From Candidatus Latescibacterota bacterium (GTDB lineage: Bacteria; Latescibacterota; CBDEFO01): a DNA stretch of 64,000 nucleotides. The stretch spans positions 672,001 to 736,000 of the forward strand of contig CBDEFO010000007.1 in the NCBI GenBank assembly GCA_965237525.1, written 5' to 3'. Numbering within the stretch: position 1 is the stretch's first letter; every line of letters begins with the position of its first letter. The position numbers and the translations under genes are program-made. Shown here one piece after another: positions 52,434 to 61,418 of this stretch. The notes beneath the pieces were generated by a model. It did no database searches. It was given only the letters and a program-made list of their open reading frames with translations, and was not told where the DNA came from.

Positions 52434-53261
52434 TCAGCAGTAGTACGAGAATCTCTCAATTTTCCCTCTCCTTACAATGCCTAATATGACCCTGATGGCT
52501 GCGTAGCCTGAGATGTACGCCGCCGCTGTCGCTGAGAAGAAGTGGATAAGAGAGGGGTCACCGAAGAGTATGGAAAAGCTTTTGGGGGAGAAAGAAGTAT
52601 AGGACACGTGCAAGGCGATCGGGCGACTTAACTGGAGCACTGTTTGCGCCGAGTATTGCAGGGATGGCAAATAGGAATGAGAATCGAACGGTGTATTCCA
52701 CCTGGACGCCTCTCAGAAGGGCTGTGACGATGGTGAAACCCGACCTGGAGATACCCGGAAGAACGCGAAGGCCTCAGCGATCCCTATAACGATAACATCT
52801 CTTGCATTCTGATCTCTTGCAGGGTTAGGACTGTAGCGGGTGCACCAAAGGAATGTCCCTGTAACTATGAGCATGATAGGTGCCAGCTGAGGGATGGGAA
52901 ATAAGCACTCTATATGACTTTTGAAAAAAAACCGGCTATCGCTATTGGAACTGTGGCAAGAAGCAGGAACAAGATGGTCCTCAGATTCAGGGCTTCGTTC
53001 GACAATAAGCGTAAATTTTGACCTTTAGAGACGCTCTCTGTCGCAACTAAGAGCGAGGATGTGAGGTTCTTCAAGTCCCTCCAGAAGGCTGTACATATGG
53101 TAAGGAGGGGACCAAAGTGGGTCATAACCTCAAAGGAGATTCCAGGGGGATCGATATCTAATATGTATTGTAGAAACACCAGGTGACGGCTACTGCTTAC
53201 TGGGCGGAATTCGGTTTGACGCCTGGGCAAGACCGATCAGGAGAGCTTGAGATAGGGTCAT
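52434..53261 (-). pseudogene. uppP: Undecaprenyl-diphosphate phosphatase pseudogene with multiple frameshifts
   Basis: The fragments MTLSQALLIGLAQ, TEFRPVSSSRHLV, PGISRSGFTI, RFSFLFAIPAILGA and FSYYC are spread over different frames. Confidence 0.85.
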
Positions 53262-53267
53262 GCTCGT

Positions 53268-54869
53268 TCAAAGCTCCATCGGTTTTAGCATACAGCCCTC
53301 TGTAAATATCTCAAAGAAGTCTGCCTCCTGTTCCAGTTCGATATGTTCTATCTTCTTGACTTCTGTTTCGAGGAACTGCCGTCTTTGTTTTGAAAGCAGT
53401 ATTTCTTTCGCCCCTTCCAGAGCTGCGTTCCCGACCTTTACTATCTTTTCTTTGGGAAACGGCGGGATAAGGCCGATGGCGATGGCGTTTTCGGCCGTCA
53501 TATAATTTGCAAAGCCTCCGGCAAAGTAGAATTTCTTGATTTTATCTAAACTTATTCCGGATTTCCTCAAAAGTATCTGCTGTCCCGAGTAGTTGGCGGC
53601 TTTGGCCTGCGCAAGTTCGCTCAAGTCCTTTCTGGAGAGCGTTATCTTCGGGCCCTCTGCGACCGTGTATTTGTCTACGCCGTCGGTGAACCTTGTGAGT
53701 TGATCGAGTCTGCCCTTTCTCAGAAGTTCCGCCATAAGGTCTATAAGACCTGAGCCGCATATCCCTCTGGGCTCTATGCCTCCTATTGTGCTACATCTCA
53801 GTTTACCGTTATCGAAGGATGCGGACTCTATTGCTCCCTCCAGTCCGGGCATTCCGTAGGTGATTCCTCCTCCCTCAAAGGCGGGTCCTGCAGGACAGGA
53901 GGCTGCCAGCATACGGTCTCTGTTTCCAAGCAGGACTTCTGTGTTCGTGCCTATATCTACGAGCATATTCGGCTCGTCAGATTCGAGCATTCCTGTGGAC
54001 ACTAGACAGGATGCGGCGTCGGCTCCCACGTGGCATCCGACTAAAGGAGCGCCGTAGACCTTCCCTTTGCGGTTTATTCTGACGCCCGTTTTGAACGCCC
54101 TTGCGCTTAAGGACGTGGTGGATCTTTTGCCCTGTTCCATCTCTATTTCGGTGACGGATTTGTAGGGCTTCTCTCCGATAGACTTTACACTTATTTTGAA
54201 GAATATATCTCTCATCGTGGCATTTCCGACCGCGACCATTTCGTATATCTGGTTCCTTCTGCAGGGAAAGTCTCTTATTTCGTTGTTTATATATGCCAGC
54301 AGGACTTTGTTGAGTTCTCCGTTTTGATGTTCGTTTTCGTACTGGATCCTGTGCATTATGTCGCTGCCGCCGAACATCTGTGGATTTTCAAAGGAGGTAT
54401 TGGCTACTTCCTCTCCTGTCTGCAGGTCCATAAGACTCATCACTATCGTAGTTGTGCCGATGTCGGCTGCGATGCCGTAGATTTTGTCTCTATATTGATC
54501 TATCTCCTCATCGTTGTAGAGGACTACCTCGCCTCTTCTCTTAACCACAGGGTCCAGTTCTATCTTCTTGGGCTCTCCGAACGTAAGTATTTTGGGGCGT
54601 CTTACGAGTGTAAGTACCTGTATATCTTTTGTGGAATCTGCTATTTTCGCCTGACAGGAGAGCCTGAAGTTCTCTTCGAGAAACTGTTCCTGTTCGGCTT
54701 TGGGTGTTAGGGCGCCGATCCCCTCCTTGATTTCGACTATGCATTCGTGACAGCTTCCGACTCTACCGCAGGAAGTGGGCACTTTTATGTCGAGATCGTC
54801 CGCAAAATCAAATATGGTTGCTTCTTTCCGGAGTTTTGTCTCTTTATAATTTATGGAGATTTTCCCCAT
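53268..54869 (-). CDS. ASKHA/DUF4445 reductive activator of corrinoid proteins (RACo/RamA-like) with an N-terminal [2Fe-2S] domain
   Basis: CGRVGSCHEC...RLSCQ, ADIGTTT, DIGTNTE, AGPAFEG, GICGSG and AGGF. Confidence 0.88.
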   Translation of the reverse strand: MGKISINYKETKLRKEATIFDFADDLDIKVPTSCGRVGSCHECIVEIKEGIGALTPKAEQEQFLEENFRLSCQAKIADSTKDIQVLTLVRRPKILTFGEPKKIELDPVVKRRGEVVLYNDEEIDQYRDKIYGIAADIGTTTIVMSLMDLQTGEEVANTSFENPQMFGGSDIMHRIQYENEHQNGELNKVLLAYINNEIRDFPCRRNQIYEMVAVGNATMRDIFFKISVKSIGEKPYKSVTEIEMEQGKRSTTSLSARAFKTGVRINRKGKVYGAPLVGCHVGADAASCLVSTGMLESDEPNMLVDIGTNTEVLLGNRDRMLAASCPAGPAFEGGGITYGMPGLEGAIESASFDNGKLRCSTIGGIEPRGICGSGLIDLMAELLRKGRLDQLTRFTDGVDKYTVAEGPKITLSRKDLSELAQAKAANYSGQQILLRKSGISLDKIKKFYFAGGFANYMTAENAIAIGLIPPFPKEKIVKVGNAALEGAKEILLSKQRRQFLETEVKKIEHIELEQEADFFEIFTEGCMLKPMEL

Positions 54870-55029
54870 TGTGGATTATGCCCTTAATCTTGATTTGTGA
54901 AAATGGCTTGACAATCCTCGTCATATTTCTTTAAGATCTGGAGAGGAAATAGCGGACAGATCCAACAGTGCTTAACATTCATCGAATAGGAGGGGCATGA
55001 AGGAGAGCATAGAGGGGGCAAGTGAGCAA

Positions 55030-55620
55030 CTAAAAGAATTCTTTCAGGTCGCGCTCTTTACGTTTTGGACTTTCTTTTTCCTCTTTTTCTATCATATCCT
55101 GGTTAATGCCATTTTCATCCATTATCCTTCGGGCTACGTATATAGGGGCTGATACCCTGACAGCCAATGCTAGCGCGTCACTGGGGCGGGCGTCTACTTC
55201 CAGGGTGGAATCGTTGGTCTTCAGGCTAATAGTGGCATAATAAGTATTGTTTCTAAGGTCATCCACATATATGTAGAGAACTTCCACACCAAGGGTCCTG
55301 AGTACTGACTTCAAAAGATCGTGAGTCATAGGTCTGATCATCTTCTTTTTATATGTCTCGCGAAGGATAGCCTCAGATTCACAGGTGCCTATGGTGATAG
55401 GAAGGAACCTTTCTTCTTCCTTGTCGCTCAGGAGAACGACAGGAAAACCGAGGATGTTGTCGGCCGTGACGGTATATATCTTAGCCTCAACGGACGAACG
55501 GGGAACATTGGAGGGCAATTTTCTCTCAGACGCAAAGATGTCACGGCTTCTGTTGCCGGAGCAGTCTAAAAGAGCTGCAAGAGCAACAGCTATCAGCAGA
55601 AATAGTCTGAGTTTAACCAT
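55030..55620 (-). CDS. DUF151 bifunctional nuclease family protein with an N-terminal signal/lipoprotein-like leader
   Basis: Motifs LPITIG..E..AI, RPMTHDL and DARPSDALALA. Leader MVKLRLFLLIAVALAALLDC. Confidence 0.88.
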   Translation of the reverse strand: MVKLRLFLLIAVALAALLDCSGNRSRDIFASERKLPSNVPRSSVEAKIYTVTADNILGFPVVLLSDKEEERFLPITIGTCESEAILRETYKKKMIRPMTHDLLKSVLRTLGVEVLYIYVDDLRNNTYYATISLKTNDSTLEVDARPSDALALAVRVSAPIYVARRIMDENGINQDMIEKEEKESPKRKERDLKEFF

Positions 55621-55704
55621 AGTGACTCTCCTCTTTACATTGAAGATTTAGGTTCAACTTATGAAGCTGACGACTGCTCCATGCAGACAGGCATTGCATG
55701 TCAA

Positions 55705-55733
55705 AGTATAGGGTATATTGTGTGAGAAGTCAA
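55705..55733 (-). promoter_or_regulatory. sigma70-type promoter for the DUF151 gene
   Basis: Minus-strand TTGACT-N17-TATACT. Confidence 0.7.
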
Positions 55734-55769
55734 GGTCTTTTTTGACGCTTTCGGACAGGTTGTTTTTAG

Positions 55770-55998
55770 CCCGAATAATTCATAAAAAAAGGCAGTGTAT
55801 TAATTAAGGGATTGAATTATATTATAATTATGCCGTTTGACCACTTTCGGTGTTATTGCGAGCCGAAGGCGAAGCAATCTCGATTCTGTGGTAGATGTAA
55901 TACTCTCCGGCTCTCATAGGAGATCACTATAAAACCTTGAGATTGCTTCGTCGCTTTGCTCCTCGCAATGACTCCACCAAGTTTATGAATTAATCGGG
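55770..55998 (-). mobile_element. MITE, long subfamily, copy 3 (229 bp, inverted, lacks the nested hairpin)
   Basis: Reverse complement of 4290-4538, flanked by TTAG at 55766-55769 and 55999-56002. Confidence 0.9.
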
Positions 55999-56237
55999 TT
56001 AGAAGATTATGAGAAAGCTTTTGAGTTTGGTTCTTCTTTGCTACTCCTTCACAGAGTCGAGATTTGGCACTTATGAATGGCTCTGCTTGGCCTCGGACTC
56101 AATTCGCTGTCAGCCGAAGCCCAGAGCCACGCGAAGGGTCAGCCAAGCAATCTCAATTATCAAGCGGCACGCAGGAGTTTACATTTTGGAGCAACGTAGT
56201 GATTGTCACATATCAATCAAATCTTCGTAACCGAATT

Positions 56238-56891
56238 ATGCCGAAGATCAAGAAAGCCTCGGATGAGGATACGGAGGTGTCGAGCCTGTGAGATTGACCG
56301 GATAGTTTGTTGAGGGATACACTCTGGATTGCAACAAAAAACAGTTGGGGGAAGACACATAAGAAAAGAGATAGTGGATCTTGTATTCATGTGCAAATAC
56401 AGATTTGAGAGGAGTCCGGCAGCGGATATAGCTGATAGGATAAATATCTTTTCGACAAAACCAGACAATTTGCAGACGTAGACGTAATAACAAACGCGCC
56501 TTCGGCGTTGAAGGGCAGACCCTTTGACCCTATGGTCGTTATCGGAGAGGAGTTGGAAAAAAGGAAAGGAATTAAGCACGATGCAAGGCTCATAACGAAG
56601 GAGAGAAAGAACTATCCTCAGAAGGTCATGATAGGTCGGGATCAAAAAGATGCCAACGTTAAAGGAACCTTTGCGATAAAAGATGCAGGAAAGGTCAAAG
56701 GAAAGCAGGTTCTGTTTGTGGACGATATTTACGATTCCGGTGCGACGGCTAACGAGTGCGCGAAGGTGCTGAAGATGGCAGGAGCATCGGGGGTCAATGC
56801 GTTGTGTTTAACTGAGACGATTCGTTTTTATACTCACCAAATAATAGATGGTAAAGAAAGTGTATTGGATTGGATGATCTCGAGTACATAG
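56238..56891 (+). pseudogene. ComF-like phosphoribosyltransferase with a disrupted N-terminus
   Basis: PRPP loop VLFVDDIYDSGATANECAKVL in ORF 56508..56891. Upstream fragments (RLTG*FVEGYTLD...LVFMCKYRF) contain a stop and frameshifts. Confidence 0.75.
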
Positions 56892-57757
56892 TGACGTTAG
56901 GACAGGTGGAGGGAATTGGGCCCAGGATATTCAGGCGGTTAGTGAGAGAACTTGGGTCGGCGCGCAAGGTCCTGTCAGCTTCGCCAAAGGATATCAGAGA
57001 CATTCGCGGGATCGGCAATGAGAGGGCACAACTGATCCGTAAGGCATCGGGGAATGTGGGGCAGACAGGAAATAATATAGCGGCGATAAAGAACAGAGGA
57101 ATAGATGTGATCACCTTTTCGGATGCATCCTATCCGAGGAAGTTACTGAAATTGGAGGATGACGCTCCGATCTTTCTTTACGTGAAAGGTACTTTAAAAG
57201 TCGAAGACGAAAAGTGCGTAGCGATTGTGGGGACCCATAAAGCCACTCAAAGGGGAATGAAAGATGCTCTAAAATTAGCGCGCAGTCTGGCAGAGGAGGG
57301 CGTAACTATCGCCAGCGGTCTGGCTTTGGGAATAGATACCGAGGCTCACAGAGGCGCACTGGAGAAAGGCAGGACGATTGGAGTCCTGGGTTCAGGCTTA
57401 GAAAGAGTGTACCCTAAAGATAACAAAGAATTAGCCGATAGGATTATTAAAAGGGGAGCGCTAATTTCAGAGTATGAGCCGAACACAGGCGTAAGTGTGG
57501 GACGGTTGATGTCAAGGAACAGGGTCGTTGTAGGCATTTCAAAGGTGTTGATAGTGGTCGAAGCTCTTATTAACAGTGCAGGCACAATGGAGGCCCTGGA
57601 ACGTGCCAAACAGCAGAGGAAGACAGTTTATGCCTTAAAGCCGAAGGGATTATCTGAAGCTGCAGGTGGGTTTGAGGAGTTAATAAAGGTTGGAGCTGTT
57701 GTACTTGAGAGGGCCGACCTCTTAGAGATGGTACTGCAGAGCGTAAAGGGAAAATAA
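56870..57757 (+). CDS. dprA: DNA-processing protein DprA/Smf lacking the C-terminal winged helix
   Basis: GIGP HhH/SAM-like start, YPRKL, VAIVGT, SGLALGIDTEAHRGAL, ISEY, RNRVV and VVEA. Confidence 0.9.
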   Translation: MDDLEYIVTLGQVEGIGPRIFRRLVRELGSARKVLSASPKDIRDIRGIGNERAQLIRKASGNVGQTGNNIAAIKNRGIDVITFSDASYPRKLLKLEDDAPIFLYVKGTLKVEDEKCVAIVGTHKATQRGMKDALKLARSLAEEGVTIASGLALGIDTEAHRGALEKGRTIGVLGSGLERVYPKDNKELADRIIKRGALISEYEPNTGVSVGRLMSRNRVVVGISKVLIVVEALINSAGTMEALERAKQQRKTVYALKPKGLSEAAGGFEELIKVGAVVLERADLLEMVLQSVKGK

Positions 57758-57868
57758 AGAGACTTACCGTGTCCTCAAAGAGGCGGCCGATTTTAGAAAT
57801 CAGGTAACTTCTCTATTTATCCCGAACTTATATTAGACGAGTCATCTTCTACTAATGTGCTTTTTCAC

Positions 57869-57898
57869 TTGACAAATTCAGGTATTTGTGTGTATAAT
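57869..57898 (+). promoter_or_regulatory. Consensus sigma70 promoter, now separated from its genes by the IS
   Basis: TTGACA-N18-TATAAT ending 31 bp before IS copy 2. Confidence 0.7.
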
Positions 57899-57929
57899 AA
57901 ATGGGTTATATAATTTACACATTCTTTAG

Positions 57930-59448
57930 AAGCCTTGTGAAATAGTTATGTCCCAGGCAGCGTCTGAAGCGCCGATTATGGGTCAAAGAGAAGCATATCG
58001 TATCGTTTTGCTGTGGAATAAGCAAAATAGTCTTATCAGAGTTCTGGTCAGCAAGGAATAGGAGCTGTTTGAAGAACAGGATGCACTGTCTTTGACAGAC
58101 AGGGCACACATAGACGCTTTCCCCCTTCTTATGAAAGATACAAGCCTCTTGAGATTCTGTACTGTTGCAACAAGATTCAACTGTTCATTCAGTGAGGCTG
58201 GTCCTCTATAACGGGCTCGTCCCATACCGTGTTGTTGCCTGGCTTCAGCAAAGATATGTTCACTGCGTTTACGGAGTCTCCGGGAGAGTTTGTAGTCAGC
58301 TGTTAATGAGATAGACCGCGCATGATTTCTGGCTTTCGCCTCTCGCACTTTTCTATCCCGTTCGGCCTGAATATGTGCTGGATTTGTCTTGTTTTTCCAT
58401 GTAGGAATCGGTTCAATCTTCTCATCGGCTCGCAGAGGAATATGGGGTATGATTCCCCGGTCAAGCACATCAGCGATAAAATTACCAGAACCGTAACCGG
58501 TATCGGCACTAAGTGTCTGAATGTCTTTGGGCATGGTGTATGTTTCAAGGTCATCTACCATCTTAAGGGCACTTTCGGGCTCTGCTGTCCCTGTCGCCTG
58601 CGTGCCCTGAGTCTCAAGGATTACTCTGCTTTTTGTGTCGATCAGATCATGGCCCATAAACGAGAGAAAAGCCCCTTTGCCCTTCGATTTGCTGTATAAG
58701 CGCGCGTCGGGGTCTGTAGTCGAACGGTGTGTTTGGTTCGTCCACTTTTCACCATGAAAGTCTTTATCCTGAGAATGCCCGGACCTACCCTTTGTCTTAT
58801 CACCTTCAAAACCGATTCCCTTGAGATAATCATCAAGAGAAACAGGGGGTTCTATCGGCTCAATACTTTTCACTGAAGCATCAGCTTGTATCTGAGTGCC
58901 GTCGACACTAAGGTGTTTACCGCTCACAAGACCGACATCTATGCAACACTGGACTACCTGACGCATTATCCGTTCAAACAACCCACTGGATGCCCACTTG
59001 TGATTGCGAAGCTTGTTGATCGTGCTCCTATCCGGAACCGCATCATCAAATGTCTGATGACAAAACAACCGATATGCCGCATGCATCCCCACTTCCTGAC
59101 AGAGCCGATTCTCACTCAAATTATACAGATAGCCAATAAGGATCATTCGAACAACTAATTCAGGATCAATACCGGGTCTGCCATTGTCAGGGCAATAACA
59201 ATCTGATACAACGTCTCGTACAAATGAAAAATCAACTGCCTCATCAATCTGACGAAGGATATGATCCTCGGGAACTAAATCCTCCATCTGAAAATAGTGA
59301 AACATCGGATTTGTCTGTTCCTGCTTTTGTGGGGTCATTGTTTCCTCCATGTATAATATTATCAATAACATAATATAATACATCGGAACTGCTTTATCAA
59401 TGCTTGTTTTATACTATTTTCTGAATCTAAGGGTTTTTCACAAGGCTT
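57930..59448 (-). mobile_element. IS1182-family insertion sequence, copy 2 (1519 bp, inverted)
   Basis: Same TIRs and length as 8819-10337. Flanks are TTAG (57926-57929) and TTAA (59449-59452). Confidence 0.92.
57983..59338 (-). CDS. IS1182-family DDE transposase
   Basis: Differs from the copy 1 protein at 5 residues that I could see (P/S, S/P, K/R, L/P, T/S). Confidence 0.9.
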   Translation of the reverse strand: MTPQKQEQTNPMFHYFQMEDLVPEDHILRQIDEAVDFSFVRDVVSDCYCPDNGRPGIDPELVVRMILIGYLYNLSENRLCQEVGMHAAYRLFCHQTFDDAVPDRSTINKLRNHKWASSGLFERIMRQVVQCCIDVGLVSGKHLSVDGTQIQADASVKSIEPIEPPVSLDDYLKGIGFEGDKTKGRSGHSQDKDFHGEKWTNQTHRSTTDPDARLYSKSKGKGAFLSFMGHDLIDTKSRVILETQGTQATGTAEPESALKMVDDLETYTMPKDIQTLSADTGYGSGNFIADVLDRGIIPHIPLRADEKIEPIPTWKNKTNPAHIQAERDRKVREAKARNHARSISLTADYKLSRRLRKRSEHIFAEARQQHGMGRARYRGPASLNEQLNLVATVQNLKRLVSFIRRGKASMCALSVKDSASCSSNSSYSLLTRTLIRLFCLFHSKTIRYASL

Positions 59449-59481
59449 TTAAGGAATATACTGTAGACGCGGAGGGTCGTC

Positions 59482-60501
59482 TTGACTGCTGATCTCATAG
59501 AAGCGACCGATATTGAGATAAACCTTCTGATCGTGGATGATGAAGCGCCTTTGAGGAAACATCTGAAGAAACTCCTGACCATGAAGAACTTGCAGGAGGA
59601 GTTAGGCAGGACGATCTATATAGATGAGGCCCCGGACGCCGATACGGCGGATGCTTTGATCGAGAGGCACTACGATATTATCCTTATGGATATGAGCATG
59701 CCAAATAGTAAGGGCGATCCGGACAAAGAAGTAGGGATCAAACTCCTACAGAGGATAAAGGAGAGGAGCCCGAAATCTGAAGTGATAGCCATAACGGGCT
59801 ACGGGACAGACGAAAAGGCCATCACTGCTATCGAGATGGGAGCTTTTTATTTTTTGCATAAGCCCTTCCCGAATGAGCTCTTGATCGCCCTGATTAAGCG
59901 GATCATCAATATGAAACATACTGAGAGATTAGCTCAGATAGACGGTTTGACAAATCTTTACAACAAGGCGTTCTTCAACACTATCTTAGAAAATGAAGTA
60001 AATAAATTCCCTAAGAAGGGGGAACCTAAAAGGAGGCTGGTCTCAGCCCTTTCTATCGCTATTGTGGATATAGACAACTTCAAACGGATCAACGATACCT
60101 ACGGGCACATAGAAGGGGACAGGACACTGAAGGCGGTGGCGAATGCCTTAAGGAGTTCCTCAAGACGGACGGATATAGTGGCGCGATGGGGAGGGGAAGA
60201 GTTTACGGTAATACTCCCAGGAGCGACAACTGCACCGGCTTTGAATCAAGCTGAAAGGATACGAAAAGCTGTAGGTAATGTGTCAGTTCCGCGCGAGGAT
60301 GGCAATGGGGAAATCCGCGTTACCGCTCGTGTAGGGGTGGCGACCTATCCATCTTTTTTTGAAGATGTGGAGGAATTACTCAAAAGGGCGGATGAGGCGA
60401 GCTATTTTGCAAGACAAAATGGGGGAAATACGACATGTGGGTACGATAGCGAAGGGAAGATCAGGAAGTTTTCGGAATTAGTAGAAAAAGTCGAAGCATA
60501 G
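59482..60501 (+). CDS. Response-regulator diguanylate cyclase (REC-GGDEF)
   Basis: REC motifs IVDDE, LMDMSMP, ITGY and HKP. Cyclase motifs DGLTNLYN, DIDNFKRINDTYGH, RRTD I-site and GGEEF. Confidence 0.93.
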   Translation: MTADLIEATDIEINLLIVDDEAPLRKHLKKLLTMKNLQEELGRTIYIDEAPDADTADALIERHYDIILMDMSMPNSKGDPDKEVGIKLLQRIKERSPKSEVIAITGYGTDEKAITAIEMGAFYFLHKPFPNELLIALIKRIINMKHTERLAQIDGLTNLYNKAFFNTILENEVNKFPKKGEPKRRLVSALSIAIVDIDNFKRINDTYGHIEGDRTLKAVANALRSSSRRTDIVARWGGEEFTVILPGATTAPALNQAERIRKAVGNVSVPREDGNGEIRVTARVGVATYPSFFEDVEELLKRADEASYFARQNGGNTTCGYDSEGKIRKFSELVEKVEA

Positions 60502-60616
60502 AGGTTGGAGAGGATAAGGTTGCAAAGAAGCCACAAAAACGACCGAACTGTAATGTATTCTGCTTTTGCGTGCGTATTAAGTGATGATTCAGGATAGCCT
60601 CCTTTAAGGTGTAGAT

Positions 60617-61414
60617 TTGTATAAAGAATATTGGGGTCTAAAGGAATTTCCGTTCGAGAACGTTCCAGATCCGCGCTTCTTCTGGTCTTCCCCTGAGCAC
60701 GAAGAAGCTCTGGTAAGACTATTCTACACTATAAGCAACCGCAAGGGCGCGGCTATGCTCACGGGGGAAATCGGGTCGGGGAAGACGCTCCTGAGCAGAA
60801 CTCTGGTCAAAGCTTTGGGGAAAGATAAATATGAGATAGGATTGATAGCTAATCCGACCCTCTCTCCGATTGATTTTTTGAAGGAGATACTGTATCAACT
60901 GGGAGTCAAACCTAAAGCTGACGATAAATTAGAACTCCTGCACGCTTTGAGCGATTCAGCTGTAAATAATATCAGGATAGGAAAGAATACTGTTGTCATT
61001 GTGGATGAGGCTCAATCTATAAAGGACGATGATATTCTGGAAGAACTGCGGCTGCTTTTGAATTTTCAGTTGAACAACCAATTCCTTTTGACTCTTGTGC
61101 TTATAGGTCAGCCTGAGTTTAGAGAAAGAGTCGCCAAGATAAAACAGCTTGAACAGAGAATAGCTATCAAATACCACCTGAACAACCTGAATCTGGAAAA
61201 CACCAAAAACTATATCAATTTCCGTTTGAAGAAGGCAGGGGCGCAAAGAAAGATATTTACGGATGTGAGTACCGAGGCGCTGTACCGATATTCTTTAGGG
61301 CTTCCCAGGGAAATAAATAATCTTTGCGATATGTCGCTCCTTTTTGGATTTAGCGACAAAGTTCAAGAAATAGACCTCGATATTGTAGGGAAAGTCTCAG
61401 ATACGAGGAAGTGA
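60617..61414 (+). CDS. ExeA/GspA-like AAA ATPase
   Basis: MYKEYWGLKEFPFENVPDP, Walker A GEIGSGKT, Walker B VDEAQ, LIGQPE and GLPREIN. Confidence 0.9.
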   Translation: MYKEYWGLKEFPFENVPDPRFFWSSPEHEEALVRLFYTISNRKGAAMLTGEIGSGKTLLSRTLVKALGKDKYEIGLIANPTLSPIDFLKEILYQLGVKPKADDKLELLHALSDSAVNNIRIGKNTVVIVDEAQSIKDDDILEELRLLLNFQLNNQFLLTLVLIGQPEFRERVAKIKQLEQRIAIKYHLNNLNLENTKNYINFRLKKAGAQRKIFTDVSTEALYRYSLGLPREINNLCDMSLLFGFSDKVQEIDLDIVGKVSDTRK

Positions 61415-61418
61415 GATT

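Noticed and set aside
8819..59448. Two inverted IS copies as the ends of one composite transposon or an inversion
   Set aside because: Copy 1 has its own TTAG duplication and both halves of the EamA gene flank it. The intervening DNA is housekeeping and the copies have diverged, so they are independent insertions.
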